Source: the human T2T-CHM13v2.0 reference genome, Homo sapiens
Direction: 5' to 3' (one strand)
Length of the DNA: 64,000 bases
NCBI RefSeq assembly: GCF_009914755.1
Contig: NC_060929.1
Position 1 is the first letter of the stretch; each line of letters starts with the position of its first letter. The notes under the pieces were generated by a model. It was not told where the DNA came from. It was given only the letters and a program-made list of their open reading frames with translations, and searched no databases. Position numbers and translations under genes: made by a program. Of this stretch, positions 45,601 to 61,300 are shown piece after piece.

Positions 45601-45699
45601 GAGTGGACTTGGCCCTCCACTCCGCATGAGATGGAAAGTCAAATGTATTCCGCTGACCCTTGCTGTGCACAACTCTTTTCTCCTGCCCTTCCAGTTGCA

Positions 45700-46205
45700 A
45701 CTCACCCATGCTCAATGTGGGACATTTTGTAAGACAACTGGCCTGGACACATGTAAAAAAGTCACTATCATTAAAATAAAAGGTAAGAGAACTGGTCTTT
45801 ATTAAAAGGGCCTAAAGAGCTATAGTAATCAAACACCATGCTTGAGTTTTTGGGATAAGGAAAGCTATTGGAATGTGGACTAACAGTAGATGATATTATG
45901 AATTACTCTTAATTTGTTAGGTGTGATAATGGTATTAAAGTCATGTAAGAGAATGTCCTTATTTTGAGAAAACAAATGCTGTGAAATATAGGAGTGAAGT
46001 GTCATGATATCAGCAACTTACTTTTAAAGGGTAAGGCCAACACACACACGGCCACACACACACATAAGATCAAATGGATACATAGATAGATAAAGCAAAA
46101 AATGCTGAAATATGAGCATTTGGTGAGTGTAGGTGATGGGTGTGTATGTATTTGTTGTACTAGTCCATCGCCTTTCATTTTTGAACATTTTCATATTAAA
46201 AAGTT
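45700..46205 (+). mobile_element. Old L1 (L1MC/ME) 3' end
   Basis: GGGACATT..AGACAACTGGCCTG..TAGGTGTGATAATGGTATT..GTGTCATGAT.TC.GCAACTTACTTT. Confidence 0.65.
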
Positions 46206-47174
46206 GGGGGAAAATCATCTATGCTATGGTCTGTTTCTTTTGGGTCTGTTTTTGGTTGCTGTTATTCTCATGAGTTTCTGTCCAGCCCCCTAGGTCATTT
46301 ATTTACTCCAGATGGGAAACGTTTGCTGCGGGAGACTCAAAGGAGACACTGAGTGCAAGGATTTGGGTGAGGTGTCAGAGTGGGTGGCATTCCAAACCCT
46401 ATTGGGCTGGTGGGCCCCTAACAGGACAGGACTTGGAGTGAAAGGATGGCGGATGACTCACGATTTTACGAGACACTTCCAGGACAAGGAGAAGGCAAAG
46501 GAGAGATGCAGCCTTGGAGAGCCTAATTCCTCTCTGGAGTGCGTGCTTTTCCCTGATGTCAAGATTCTAAATTATTCCACTGTTTACCTGCTGCGTGACT
46601 TGACAAAAGGGTAATGTGATTTAGAAACTCAGCGGTCATCCAGAAAGTCTATTTTCAGCCAGGCGGTTACCAGGCAATGTCAGGGGATTGGACTCTGCTA
46701 TGTTAAATCCCAAATTTAATCCAGGAGCTGATGTGTCTGTGAATATCAGAAAAGCACAACAGCCTTTTGCGTGGGTCGTATCAATTCCATACAGTATTTT
46801 CCTTGCGGAAGTAAGAATTAACACATCCAGAAAGCTAGGCTTAGCACCTTTGGATCTCCTGATGAAAATTTCAGCATATTGTTAGGATGTGAGCATTTAT
46901 ATACATACCCTGCTCTGCCTGCTACACAAGACAGAAAAATAAAAAATTACCCTGGAAGAATAACTTAGATCTTGGAGAAAAGAAGAATGCAGGTGGCAAT
47001 ATATAAAGAATTCCCTGAAGATACAGTTTGCAGCCTTTTCCTTTGTTTTAAAAAGTCTTTTGTTTTGCTGCAGCAATAGAAATAAAATATAAACATAATT
47101 TGAAAGTAAGAGGAGAAGCAGAAAGATAGTCTTTGTTCGTAGGTTTGTCTGTTTTGGAGACGGTAATCATAATG

Positions 47175-47390
47175 ACAAACCCAAGGACAACTAATATTTA
47201 TTGAGTGCCTACTGTGTGCCAGGCATAATAAGCACTTTATACCCTTAACTAATTTAATCCCTGTGACAAACCTATTAGGAAGCTGCTATTATTATCCTCA
47301 TTTTAAGGGAGCTGAGGCCCAGAGAAATTAAACAACTTGTGCAAGGTCACATGGCCAGTAATTAACAGAGATAGTATTCAAACTGTCTCT
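47175..47390 (-). mobile_element. MIR
   Basis: ATTTATTGAGTGCCTACTGTGTGCCAGGCA...CAAGGTCACA. Confidence 0.8.
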
Positions 47391-47809
47391 TGAGGTAAGC
47401 TAAATAAAACTCTATCCTATTTTTTGTAGAGCCATATATCTTTATTCTCTCCTTTCACTATGGTAAAGTTTGTTCTGGTCCCTCTGTAGGATTACAATAT
47501 GTTGAAAATGCGGGTCCCACGTAATTCTACCAAGTCAGATCACTAAGTAGCCTTGTCAGGGGAGGGGTTCCCAATTCGTGACTCTGGACCTTGGGGCATC
47601 AATGATTTATTGTTATCACTAACAATAGCTCGCTATGTGTCATGTCTTCTGCTACATATTTTATGTTTTATTTCAGCTTTTAAAAAGATTTTCATGATTC
47701 ATGATTGTTGTAAAGCAGGACTAGGCTGTATGTACATATTTGAAATGAAAGTTTCACAAAACATCATTTACCTTTACTATGTGTGACACACTTTGCTATT
47801 TTTCATTTA

Positions 47810-48151
<342 letters not shown>

Positions 48152-48769
48152 CTAATTGATTTTATGTCTTCCTAAATGGTTTAAGAAAACACTTCTTTAG
48201 CTCATTTTGGTTTTCACAAGAATCTTATGAAGTCAATATGATTTTAATACTCATTTTACAGATGAGAAAACTGAGTTAATTTGCTCAGAGTCATGCAGAG
48301 AAACCAAAGTCCATAGCTTATACTTTGCATTGTATTCCTTTTTCAAAGCAGATTTAGTTATGTTAAAGAAACAGCTTTCCAAATTCTCATGTACTTAGTG
48401 CATTGCCTGAGGACTGAATAAATACAAGATCTTGCACATATGTGTGTATGGATACTGTTCTGGATCTAAAATATACAGATGGTGTTGTGATTTATAAAAA
48501 TAAAATATTCCTAAGTACATTTAAATTTACTGTAGGTTTAGTTATTATGCATGTTTTCAATCAAATGATTAAAAATTACAGCTTCTAATACACAACAATC
48601 TAAGAAATTATTTGAAATTAGAATTTCTTTTTTTCCCCAGGAAATGGATTGAAAGACAGAGGCCACACTTCAGAAGAAGTAGGCTTAACCAGAGATTTAT
48701 GAGTTACAGTTTTAGTTTCACCAAACTTAGCATGTGCATCAATTATTAGTAGACAACTACAGCAGTATT

Positions 48770-49105
48770 AGAATATAGGAATTTGTCATCAATAGAAATT
48801 GCTGATATTTTCATATCATCTCACAATGTTGCTAATATTCAAAAATATCATCCATGCTCATTATCACATCAAAATTATGCTAGTTATCAGATCCACCATT
48901 AGATATTAATATTTAGTGCATTGATAAAAAACCGCTTGCATTAGTATATCACAAAATTTGTTTTGTAATATTTTGATTGATAATTAAATTTCAATATAAT
49001 TTTATGCATTCAAATACATTATAAAAGAAAAATAGGAATATAAAAAGGATTCGCTGGCCTCACCAGATGTCCAAAGTGGGACACGGCTCCAAAATAGATG
49101 AAGGC
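48770..49105. mobile_element. hAT-Charlie DNA transposon relic
   Basis: AT-rich TTTGTCATCAATAGAAAT..GATATTTTCATATCA..TCACCAGA.TG.CCAAAG resembles a Charlie subterminal region. Confidence 0.45.
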
Positions 49106-49899
49106 TTTAGCTAGAGCAGGGGGAGGGGCTTCAACATAGCTGATGGTCTGTGGATTGCCTCTTTAGAACTGAGTCATCTTCCTGGCTACCCAACAGCAAC
49201 ATCAATTATTGTGAACCATCTGGCAAAGGGGCAAATGGGGTGCCATTTCTAGGAGAGATGGAAATTGATGAGGCACAGTGAGTTGTTTGGTCCTTTAAGT
49301 CTTTCTCTGGTCTCTAGTCTGCCCCTCCTGTTTCAGTGTCACGTCTGTGTTGTCTTATTCCCCATGATGTGCCTCTGCCTCTTGTATTTACCACACAAAC
49401 TCATGCAAGGAACTGAGAATTAATCACTGTGTTTTGCTGAATTTCAGTTAAGAAACGTCAACATGGCTTATTGGATGCTCATTGTTCCTGGTCTCAACAA
49501 GAAACCAACATGACTGATTTTTTTCAGAACAGGGTGGCAGAAGCCTACATTTCTGGACTGAGTCCTGGCATTAGTCTTCTTAAATTATATTGCCTCACAG
49601 AAATAAAAGGCTGGGGAATTGACCAGTGGTTTAAATTATCTCTAGGCCAGCATTGTAAAGTGCTGTGAACACTAAATAATAAATAACAGACCTACATGCT
49701 CACAAAAGTCTCTGCTTTGATGAAGCCTTGTGATGGTTTTCATTTGTGGTGTTAAATTTAGCCATAATGTTCTGTACATTTACAGAAAAACAGATTATTG
49801 TATGATCTATGAATTTAAATGTTTGACAGAGCAGAATTATTTTTATCTTGGGATCATAAAAATACACTAGCTTTAATTTACCTCTGAAATTCCTTTGAG

Positions 49900-50460
49900 A
49901 TGGTATAAACTACATGCTATTATCACAGTTATCTTTCTTAAAAGCAAACTGAATTACTCTCTCCTCCTTTACAGTCTTCCATGTTCCTCTACTGTCGATA
50001 GGTTGGAGTTGAACGTTTTTAGGATGGAATCCAGTGTTCATGGTCTGGGATCTGCCTACCTCTTCCACTTCATGGTTGACCATTTCCCCACATGTATTTC
50101 TATTTTAACCTTACTAATGGTATTTTGCATTTTCCTGCACACATTTTGACTTCTCCAACTTGCATGACTCTGCACAGGCTATTCAATCTTCCTTCCTGCT
50201 TTACTTCCTAGACAACACCTATTGGTCCTTTGAAACAACTCTCAGGCTTTACGTTCATTCTGAAGACTTCCTTTATGTTGACCTCCATTCACTGCTACCC
50301 ATCCATTGTAAGTACGAGAATCTGTCTGTGTTCTCCTGTTAACTGACAGTGTTGATCTGAATGCATTAAAATGGTTCATTAGCACAAAAACAGTGTCTTC
50401 ATCTCTATTTCAGGTGCCCAGGATGTGGCAGAGGCATATATGATGTTGAGGGAATATTGC
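49900..50460 (+). mobile_element. Degraded L2
   Basis: Pyrimidine-rich L2 3'-like motifs; approximate. Confidence 0.45.
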
Positions 50461-50525
50461 AGTTACACTTACCTAACTGATGGCATGTTGGGAGGATGGA
50501 GTAGTACAATTTAAGGATTTCATGC

Positions 50526-51031
50526 TGTATGGATCACTTCTTGTACCCTTTCTTACATCCTCTTAGCCTACCTTTTGACTCCAGGCATTGCTGTGATAAC
50601 TGTGTGATTGTAACCTATCAGCCTCTCCCTTCAGCTGCACCACCAAACTCTCGCTTTCTGACCTGGGGCTTCTCTGAGGCTGTTGTTGACTTTGCAGAAA
50701 CCAGGTTAGCCATTCTGCCCTATGCACACACCACAAGTGGGAATGAATGAAAACCCCATGGGGGCAATGATGGGAGCTGACGATAGTACTTCCCTTGGCA
50801 TCCCTTAGAAAGACATACGAGGGACTCATTCGGCAAGGCAACCCAAAGCATCCCAAGAGGGGGGCGCCTCACTTGCCTATACCAGTGATCAGCTCAGTAA
50901 AAGACCTCTGGATTGGCTTTCCCTCCCCCTGTTTCAGTCTGCCTTGTTCTTTCCTCCTGTTCTTTGGAATCATTTCCCAAAGTAAACTCTTGTCTCAGGC
51001 CCAGCTTTTGGAGAGAGTCCAGACTAAGACA
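50526..51031 (+). mobile_element. LTR16-like ERVL LTR
   Basis: TTGGCTTTCCCTCC..CATTTCCCAAAGTAAACT..TGTCTCAGGC..CTAAGACA end; start uncertain. Confidence 0.65.
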
Positions 51032-51055
51032 GCTTATTTAAAATCAGCTTTACTC

Positions 51056-51368
<313 letters not shown>

Positions 51369-51808
51369 TCAGCTTTACTCAGTTAACTTTTTCTTAGATT
51401 TAGAGATGTTTGGAAACTATTTGCAAGGCTCATAAAATAAACACTAAATAAAGATGGTATAGAAAACAAGTAAATAGGGTGGCATCCATTATATTGTATG
51501 TAAATGTGCTATAAAGTATGAAGTGTTTTGTGAATTAGGCATTCTTCTTTCTTCAGTCAGGAGACAGACTCAGACAATTGCTTAGTTTTGATAAAACATT
51601 TCTCCATAATTCTACAGCTGTGTCTTAGATGGTAACTGAATAGTAATGTTTTGATTACAGCTTTGCAGATGTTGAGGCCCTAGACACAGCAGCTTTCTTC
51701 AATCAAGTGGTGAGTCCCTAGAAGACACTTGTCTTTCCTGTAGGTCAGTGCAAGGATCTTGAGCATGAAACCCTACGCTCAGAGCAGTGAGCTGGAAGGC
51801 TTGCTCCA

Positions 51809-51872
51809 GTGTGTGTGTGTGTTTGCATTTGTGTGAGTGTGTGTGCATGTGTCTGTGCCTGCATGTGTGTAT
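51809..51872. repeat. Imperfect (TG)n
   Basis: Read directly. Confidence 0.8.
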
Positions 51873-52205
51873 GTTTCTTTCTGTGTAAGCACAAAGTATG
51901 GATTCCAGTGTAATTATTTTATATACCACCATCTTTGGATTACAAATAGAAAAATGACATTTCTTTTGGGAATGGAGAGTATTGGACAGTGAAATGGATA
52001 TCTGAAACCCTGTGCATTACCAATCGCTTAAACTACAGAATTTGTGTATCTTTTGCAGCTAGAAGAGACATTCAAGTTCACTCAGTGTTACAGATCTAGA
52101 TCGTTTCTAACAGACAGCGGCACTAGAACCAGGCCTTTGGAGGCCCCTTCTCATGGTCCTTCTGGCATATCACACAGCCTTCTCTTAATGATCCTGCTTT
52201 TAAAC

Positions 52206-52427
52206 CAGAGGTCAGCAACCTTTTTCTGTAAAGGGCAAGATAGTAAATTATTTTGGCTTTGTAGGCCAATGGTCTCTGTTGCAGTTGCTCAACTCTGCCC
52301 TTGTTGTGCGAAAGCAGTGGTAGAGGATACTTAAATAAACGAGTGTGGCTGTGTTCCAATAAAGGTTTATTTACAAACATAGGTATAGGTCTGACTTGGC
52401 CCACAATCTGTAGTTTCCTGAACCCAG
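52206..52427 (+). mobile_element. MER58A hAT MITE
   Basis: CAGAGGTCAGCAA..TTTTCTGTAAAGGGC..GGCTGTGTTCCAATAAA; 8-bp TSD TTTTA(A/T)AC. Confidence 0.88.
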
Positions 52428-53779
52428 TTTTATACCATTGAAGTTATGACAATTTCTGTTTGATGGTCACTAACAGGCTATTGGGTCTTAGAAAGTCAAA
52501 GCTACCATCTAGCCTGGTGGTAAGGTGAGCTGTTGCATCACAGTCCCCATGACTTGGCTTCTTTCCAGACCTGGGTATGCTCAGATCTCCAGCAGCCAGG
52601 AGAGTGGGCCTGGCTCCCACAGTACTCCAGTTTCCAAAAGGAATCACACATTCCCTTCCTGTGCAGATAAAAGAACAATTGGACCATGAGAGAACTTACT
52701 GGAAAGTAATGCAGGATCACCAGGAAGGAACAGGAATTCACTCCTCGGTCACAGTCTTCATAGTCTGATTGGGAGTCAATCAGTTCTAAAAAGGTCAGTG
52801 AGAATGTATGTCTGACTTTGGCAGGCTTCCAGCGCCTTACAGTCATGGAATAGTTTGTTGGGTTGTAGTTTTTTCCAGAGCCTATACAGAGCTTCCTTTG
52901 GCTGCTCTATCCATGTCGGCTTCCTCACACCGCCACCCCACCACTATTTTCCCCTCACTTATTGTCTGTCAATGCAAAGCTATTGTTCCTGTTAACTAAA
53001 ATCACCAATAAACAAATATTTTTTTTCTCTCCATTTCATCTTCCATAAAACTTGACTTTCAGGTCCTTTCCCCTGTACCCTCGTCTCTGGGAGCTGGTCC
53101 CAGGTCTCAGGCCCTAGAAAGCAAACATCTTCCATAAAAGGTCAGTGCAGAGAGTTTAGGTGAAACCTTATGCTGATGCAAATGGGCTAGATGATTGCTC
53201 TGGTGATTGTGTAGATTAATGTGTGTACATGTGTGTGTGTACATGTGTGTCTGTGTGTCTGATTCTGACCTTTAAATTAGGCTTCTTCCCTGGGCCCCTG
53301 CTGAAGGAATTTCTTTCAGCAGCCTGGGTGCCATTGGTTAGCCTCCAGGTAGACATTATCTCTTCATTGTTGTCAAGTCTTCATTCTGTCCCTCCCATTT
53401 TTCACCATGTGAATCCACCTTATGATCTGTTTCAAAGTTGAACAAGATGAGAACTTTCAAAGGCTGGATGAAGAATGGAATTTTCAATGAATTTAATGAC
53501 CTAATTCTCAAAAAGGTACATACAAAAAAAAAAAATTAAAAAGATATCTGCAGTTACTTGTTCTTTTTTTTTTTTTTGCCCTGATTGCATCATCTCTAAA
53601 GTTGCCTTTCTTGATGATCAACTGGCGAGATCTGTAAAGGGGCATAAGTTGCTAATGGGTCCTTGGAGTTGAAGTGATTTAGGGAAAAAAAATCCTACAT
53701 TATTATTATTTTCCCCAAGTAGCACTCCGATGCCTGGGGAGAGGGATGCTGGTAGCTGTGTGAGAAGCGGCAGAAATGA

Positions 53780-53851
53780 GGAAGGAAGGAAGGAAGGAAG
53801 GAAGGAAGGAAGGAAGGAAGGAAGGAAGGAAGGAGGGAGGGAGGGAGGGAA
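53780..53851 (+). repeat. (GGAA)13(GGAG)4 microsatellite
   Basis: Counted directly. Confidence 0.95.
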
Positions 53852-54392
53852 TATTTGATTATTTCTTCATAAACAACCAATTCCTTTAGCACCTGCTATG
53901 GTTCCTGCCGCTATGAGAGGAATATCAATGGCTTCAATATTCCATTGTTTGTGACTGAGAAGCATTTGCCTGCTGTACTGGGCTGCTTAGTTTTTTCAGA
54001 CTGGCCACAAGGCAGAAAATGTGGCAGATATATAAAAGGAAAATGTTGGCCAACATGCCCTACATCAGGTGAGTTTTCTGTCTAAAGCCCATTTTGGAGT
54101 TACTGCCTCTCCCCTTTTTGTTTCTTCACAGCCTTTTGTTGATTTTTAGTTACATTTCTTTCCCCTGATGAGTGGCATACCCTTAAGTGTGCAGGTTCTA
54201 CTGTTCTGCTCACATTAACACTTTTGTTAGTTTTTTTGTAATAGCCTACTTTGTTTTGATAAAATCATTACTTTCTTCAGCAACACTAATGCAAAGGAAT
54301 GATTCATGAATACAAATGAAAGAAACAGCTCACAAAACAGGAGAAAAGGTGAGGAAAGAGAAGTTATGTTGGGTACTTGAAGTAGATCATTA

Positions 54393-54407
54393 CCACCAGG
54401 TGGCGCT
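54393..54407 (+). promoter_or_regulatory. CTCF motif (forward)
   Basis: CCACCAGGTGGCGCT, near-perfect core consensus in non-repeat DNA. Confidence 0.7.
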
Positions 54408-54499
54408 ATTAAAACACCTCATTTTAAAATCCTAAACAGGGTTGCAAATAAGGAAAATGCAAAATTAGAGTCCTTCACAGAGAAAATACTTTTTATCAA

Positions 54500-54542
54500 A
54501 GAGAGACAGAGTGTGCGTGTGTGTGTGTATGTGTGTGTGTGT
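54500..54542. repeat. (GA)n(TG)n microsatellite
   Basis: Read directly. Confidence 0.85.
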
Positions 54543-56548
54543 TTAGAACATAATTGTTTTAGGAAGAAGTAAATATTATGGGAAGTGGTGATACTTTTTA
54601 GAAAGGTGGCTCACAATTGATATTCTTGTAAGTTAAATACTAAAGCTTTTGAATATAAATATATTTAATTCCAGCTAGACCTTTTCTAGAATCTTCTGAA
54701 GCATGACATTGTAGACATCAGAAAGATGGTTTACTTTTACCATTCCACAACCCACTTTCATTCTACATAGAGAGCTTGCACAGTGGGGGCATTTATGTGA
54801 AAACAATTAGTACCCCATTAGGGGAAACATGAAGCCTGCAGGTCTGAGATGTTCTTGACTGCTTTGGGAACTTGGCATGTAGAAAGCTGGTAAATTAATA
54901 CTCCGTGGAAGAGGATTCTTTACTTTAAAACATGTTGTCTATTATGTGACTCCCTGCTGCTGGTACCATTGTTATTTAAAGTAGACATTTTCATGTTTGT
55001 GCATTCTGTATGTGCATAGGGTATCCATTTACTGACAGAGAGATGAAAAGCTGATAATTCACATGTTTGTACATCAAAGATAGGGTGTTGATATAATGGT
55101 CCAGATAATCTTACACTTGAAGAAAGGCCAGGAGTAGAAAGTGATCTAACACAAAAAAGCATTAACGCCCTGAATTTTACATTGATTCTCCCTTATTTCA
55201 GCCCCAGAGCAACTCTCTGAATCAGATGATGCTGATAACTCCATTCTTAAGGCGAGGCTCCAGGAAGTTAAATAAGTTGTCAGTTGTCACAAAGCCACAC
55301 TATATGACAGAATCAGGAGTTAAGCTCAGAAATTATTCCAGGGAGAAAAAATGCAATAAAATGAAAGGGAAAAGGCCTACGTTGTTTTGCAGTTTGTATT
55401 TAGATAAAATACTGTGGATAGCTTTGAAAGAAAGTGGAAAGAGACATACATATATATATTCATTCTACTTTTCTTATGTAATTTTTATCAATTCTATCTC
55501 AGCATACTATAACATATTCCATCATCCACAAAGCAGGAAGCCTGGGAAGACTGCTGGGTTTTTCTATACCTGGGGAAGAAAATACAAGTTGCTCATGAAA
55601 GTTGTAGCTGTGATAGCTCCCACATAATTCACACTACAGAGGCATTGACCCAGCTGGAAATGCAATGCATTATATAGAAATCAGCTGGTCCCTACCTGGA
55701 AGAATATATGTTAATGGGAATATGTGACTCCAAGGAGAGTGCCTGGTATATACTAGACATTCAACATGTTGGCAGGATCTGAGCCTACAGCAATATAAAA
55801 CCGACAACTTTATATTGTTTTGAAGTATCTGATGAACTCTTTATTTCTTGTTTCTAATTGAATTGTATTTAGATAGCGGTTTTTAGCCAAATTTTGCAGA
55901 GACGCTTCTGTATCCACCTGGGAAGTTATATGGGGGAAAGATTGTGTATAGGGGGCAGTGGTGTGTGTGGTGGGGGAGTGGGCTTCGCCATCCACCCTAG
56001 CTTATGTTAGAGCAGGTGGGCTATTTCTAATACATGCGACATTTCTAATACTGTGCTTGCATATTTTGAGTACTTAATTTTGATGTCAAGTCCTATAATA
56101 CATCAGGGATTTAAGTGATTTATTTGAAACAATTCGTCACTTAAAAGATTATACTTAAAAGATTCAGATCCTTTATGATTTTTTAAAAATGATAAAAGAT
56201 CCCCTGTGTTCTATGGTTATCAGAATTGAAGGTGATACAATATCTGAAAAGAAAAGAAATCATTATACGTCTCATAGAGAAGTGTCACAAAGGAAATTTA
56301 ATTCCTAATTTGATAAAAATGAAAAGAATCTGATTATTTGATGATAAATCTTGAATCAGCTGGAGGCTGATTAATATATATAGAAGTAAGAGCAACTAAA
56401 AAGTGTTTTGACAGAAGCAGAAGACCTGGGGCTTATGTTGAAGTTTCTGATTATGTCCTCTAATGGTTCTGAAACATGGCTAGGAATGCCATTTATTTAT
56501 TTGTTTCTTTGTTCACTTATTCATTCATATGTATTCTGAGGGGGAGTC

Positions 56549-56787
56549 TTTTTTTTTTTTTTTTTTTCTTTGGAGACAGGGTCTTGCCTGTTGCTGAGGC
56601 TGGAGTGTATTGGAGCAATCACAGCTCACTGCAGCCCAACCCCCTGGACTCAAGTGATCCTCCCACCTCAGCCTCCCACATAGATGGGACTACAGGCACA
56701 CACCATCATGCCTGGCTAATTTTTAAATTTTTTGTAGAGACCGGGTCTTGCTATGTTGCCCAGGCTGATCTTGAACTCCTGGGCTAA
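56549..56787 (-). mobile_element. AluJ, 5'-truncated
   Basis: J-type reverse Alu; TSD GGGAGTCTT. Confidence 0.85.
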
Positions 56788-57993
56788 GGGAGTCTTAAAA
56801 GGTGTGCTGTTCATATTCTAGCCTAGTAATTGTGTTTGCAGTCATTGGTGTCACAGAAGTGCCACCTGCCTGTTGTTTCACTTGCCCTGTTACCACTTGC
56901 CTATTTTGCTAATGGTTTGCTACAGTTGACAAATGGTGTGTTTTGGTCTAGCTTCCAGCTCCCAGAGACCACAGGAAACACAGACAGGTACATGCTTGAT
57001 CCTCCCAAGCTGCAGACATTCCTGGGCGTGTGTTGGGCAGTACACACTGTACTTCCTGTGTCATGCCCACATCCAGCTGTCAGGCCCTTACCCCTGAGGG
57101 CTTGGGGGATACATGGGAGAAGTTTGTTGATTTGGGCTCGAGGTCAAGCAGTCTATTTTAGAAACCTTAGGAGACTTAGTTTAAAAAGTATTAAAAGGTC
57201 TCATAAAAGAGAATTGTAAGGTTGGCTAGCAGTTGATTTGTTATGAGATGGAAGAGTCATACATTATCTTGGTATTTAATCAGTTAATAAATTGTTTCAA
57301 TATGGTATATCCTTTTTTTCTTAAAGCAGTTTTCTTCCTAATAGCAAAGGATGCCAAGATTATTGCAATCTTTGGTAATCTCCTGTGAAATATGCCCTTT
57401 GCATTTCTTTTTATGAGTTTCCACCCTTGCCAGTATCAAGAAACAACAGAGCAGGGGAAAAAAAACATTTAGGGAAAATCACCAAATGCAGAGTCAGGAA
57501 TCAAATTGAGATTTTCAGCTCCAAGTCTAGAATACCATGTTGACATTATAAATAGCCAACTAGGTATTTAATAGCTTATCACTAAGAGCTTGAGATTGTG
57601 GCTCCGGTTTTGAGACTCACATACGCCAAAAGCCAACTGTTAGGGAGCGACCCCTAAGGTGCACATGTATTACTGATTTATTTACACAAAACCTCATTCC
57701 ATAAAGGAAATAAAGTGGTCTGCAACAATAACATGCACCGTGTAATAATGGTAGAATGTCATACCGAGGAACCAAAAGATAAAGATCAGGATAAAAGGCT
57801 GATACGAGCTTAACCAAAGGACTTCAAGTATGTTATGAGGGCTCAGACAGCTGTTACAATCCAGCCTCATATCTGGAAGCAAGCCAAACTGAATTCAAGT
57901 GTGAAGGGGGCCATGAGACAAACAGTAAGAAGCACAGAGCTTTCTCTGACAAAACATTTCATCTCTGAGTACTCAGAATTTTCGTTGCTCCTT

Positions 57994-60541
<2,548 letters not shown>

Positions 60542-60947
60542 GTTTTGTTGGCCAAAGAAGGTCAGGTCAGGAGCTTAGCACCTGGAAGCTGAGTCCAGGC
60601 AGGCAACCCGAAAGGCTTGGAACCTGGGCAGGGAGACAGAAGTATGAAGCCAAGGAGCTCTGATGACAAATGTGATCTACATCACAGTTTTTGTCTTTGT
60701 TTTCTAGCATTGGTCCTAGTGTCATTGATTGCAAAGTACAAGTAAGGAAAGGATTTATAATTGCTTTGTAGAGAAATATATACTCTCAGTTCTAAGAAAA
60801 GAAAGAAAGTAGCTAAGAGATGCTCTCTTTCTACACAAGAAGATACAGAAAACTTTTTGATGTTAGGTATAACAGGATCATTCTAATAAGTCCACGTTAA
60901 GACCCAGGGAAACAAAGAATTCAGGTGAGCATGATTTTATTTCCCAG

Positions 60948-61300
60948 TGATATAGTTTGGCTCTGTGTCCCCACCCAAATCTCATCTCCAATTATAATCC
61001 CCATGCAGGGAGGGAGGGACTTTTAATCCCCAGGTGTCAAGGGAGGGAGGTGATTAGATCATGGGGGTGGTTTCCCCAATGCTGCTCTCATGATAGTGAG
61101 TTCTCACAAGATCTGACGGTTTTATAAGGGGATCTTCACCCTTTGCTTTCTCCTTTCCCTCCTGCTACCATGTGAGACATGCCTGCTTCCCCTTCCGCCA
61201 TGATTGTAAGTTTTCTGAGGCCTCCGCAGCCATGCAGAATTGTGAGTCAATTAAACCTCTTTTCTTTATAAATTACCCACTGTGAAAATGGACTAATACA
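60948..61300 (+). mobile_element. THE1D/MSTA-type MaLR solo LTR
   Basis: TGATATAGTTTGGCTCTGTGTCCCCACCCAAATCTCATC...GGACTAATACA; 5-bp TSD CCCAG. Confidence 0.9.

Noticed and set aside
50852-50868. CTCF-like CCAAGAGGGGGGCGC
   Set aside because: Spacing deviates from the core motif and it lies inside a decayed LTR.
57964-57977. 14-bp perfect palindrome next to the L1 TSD
   Set aside because: About four such palindromes are expected by chance in 64 kb.
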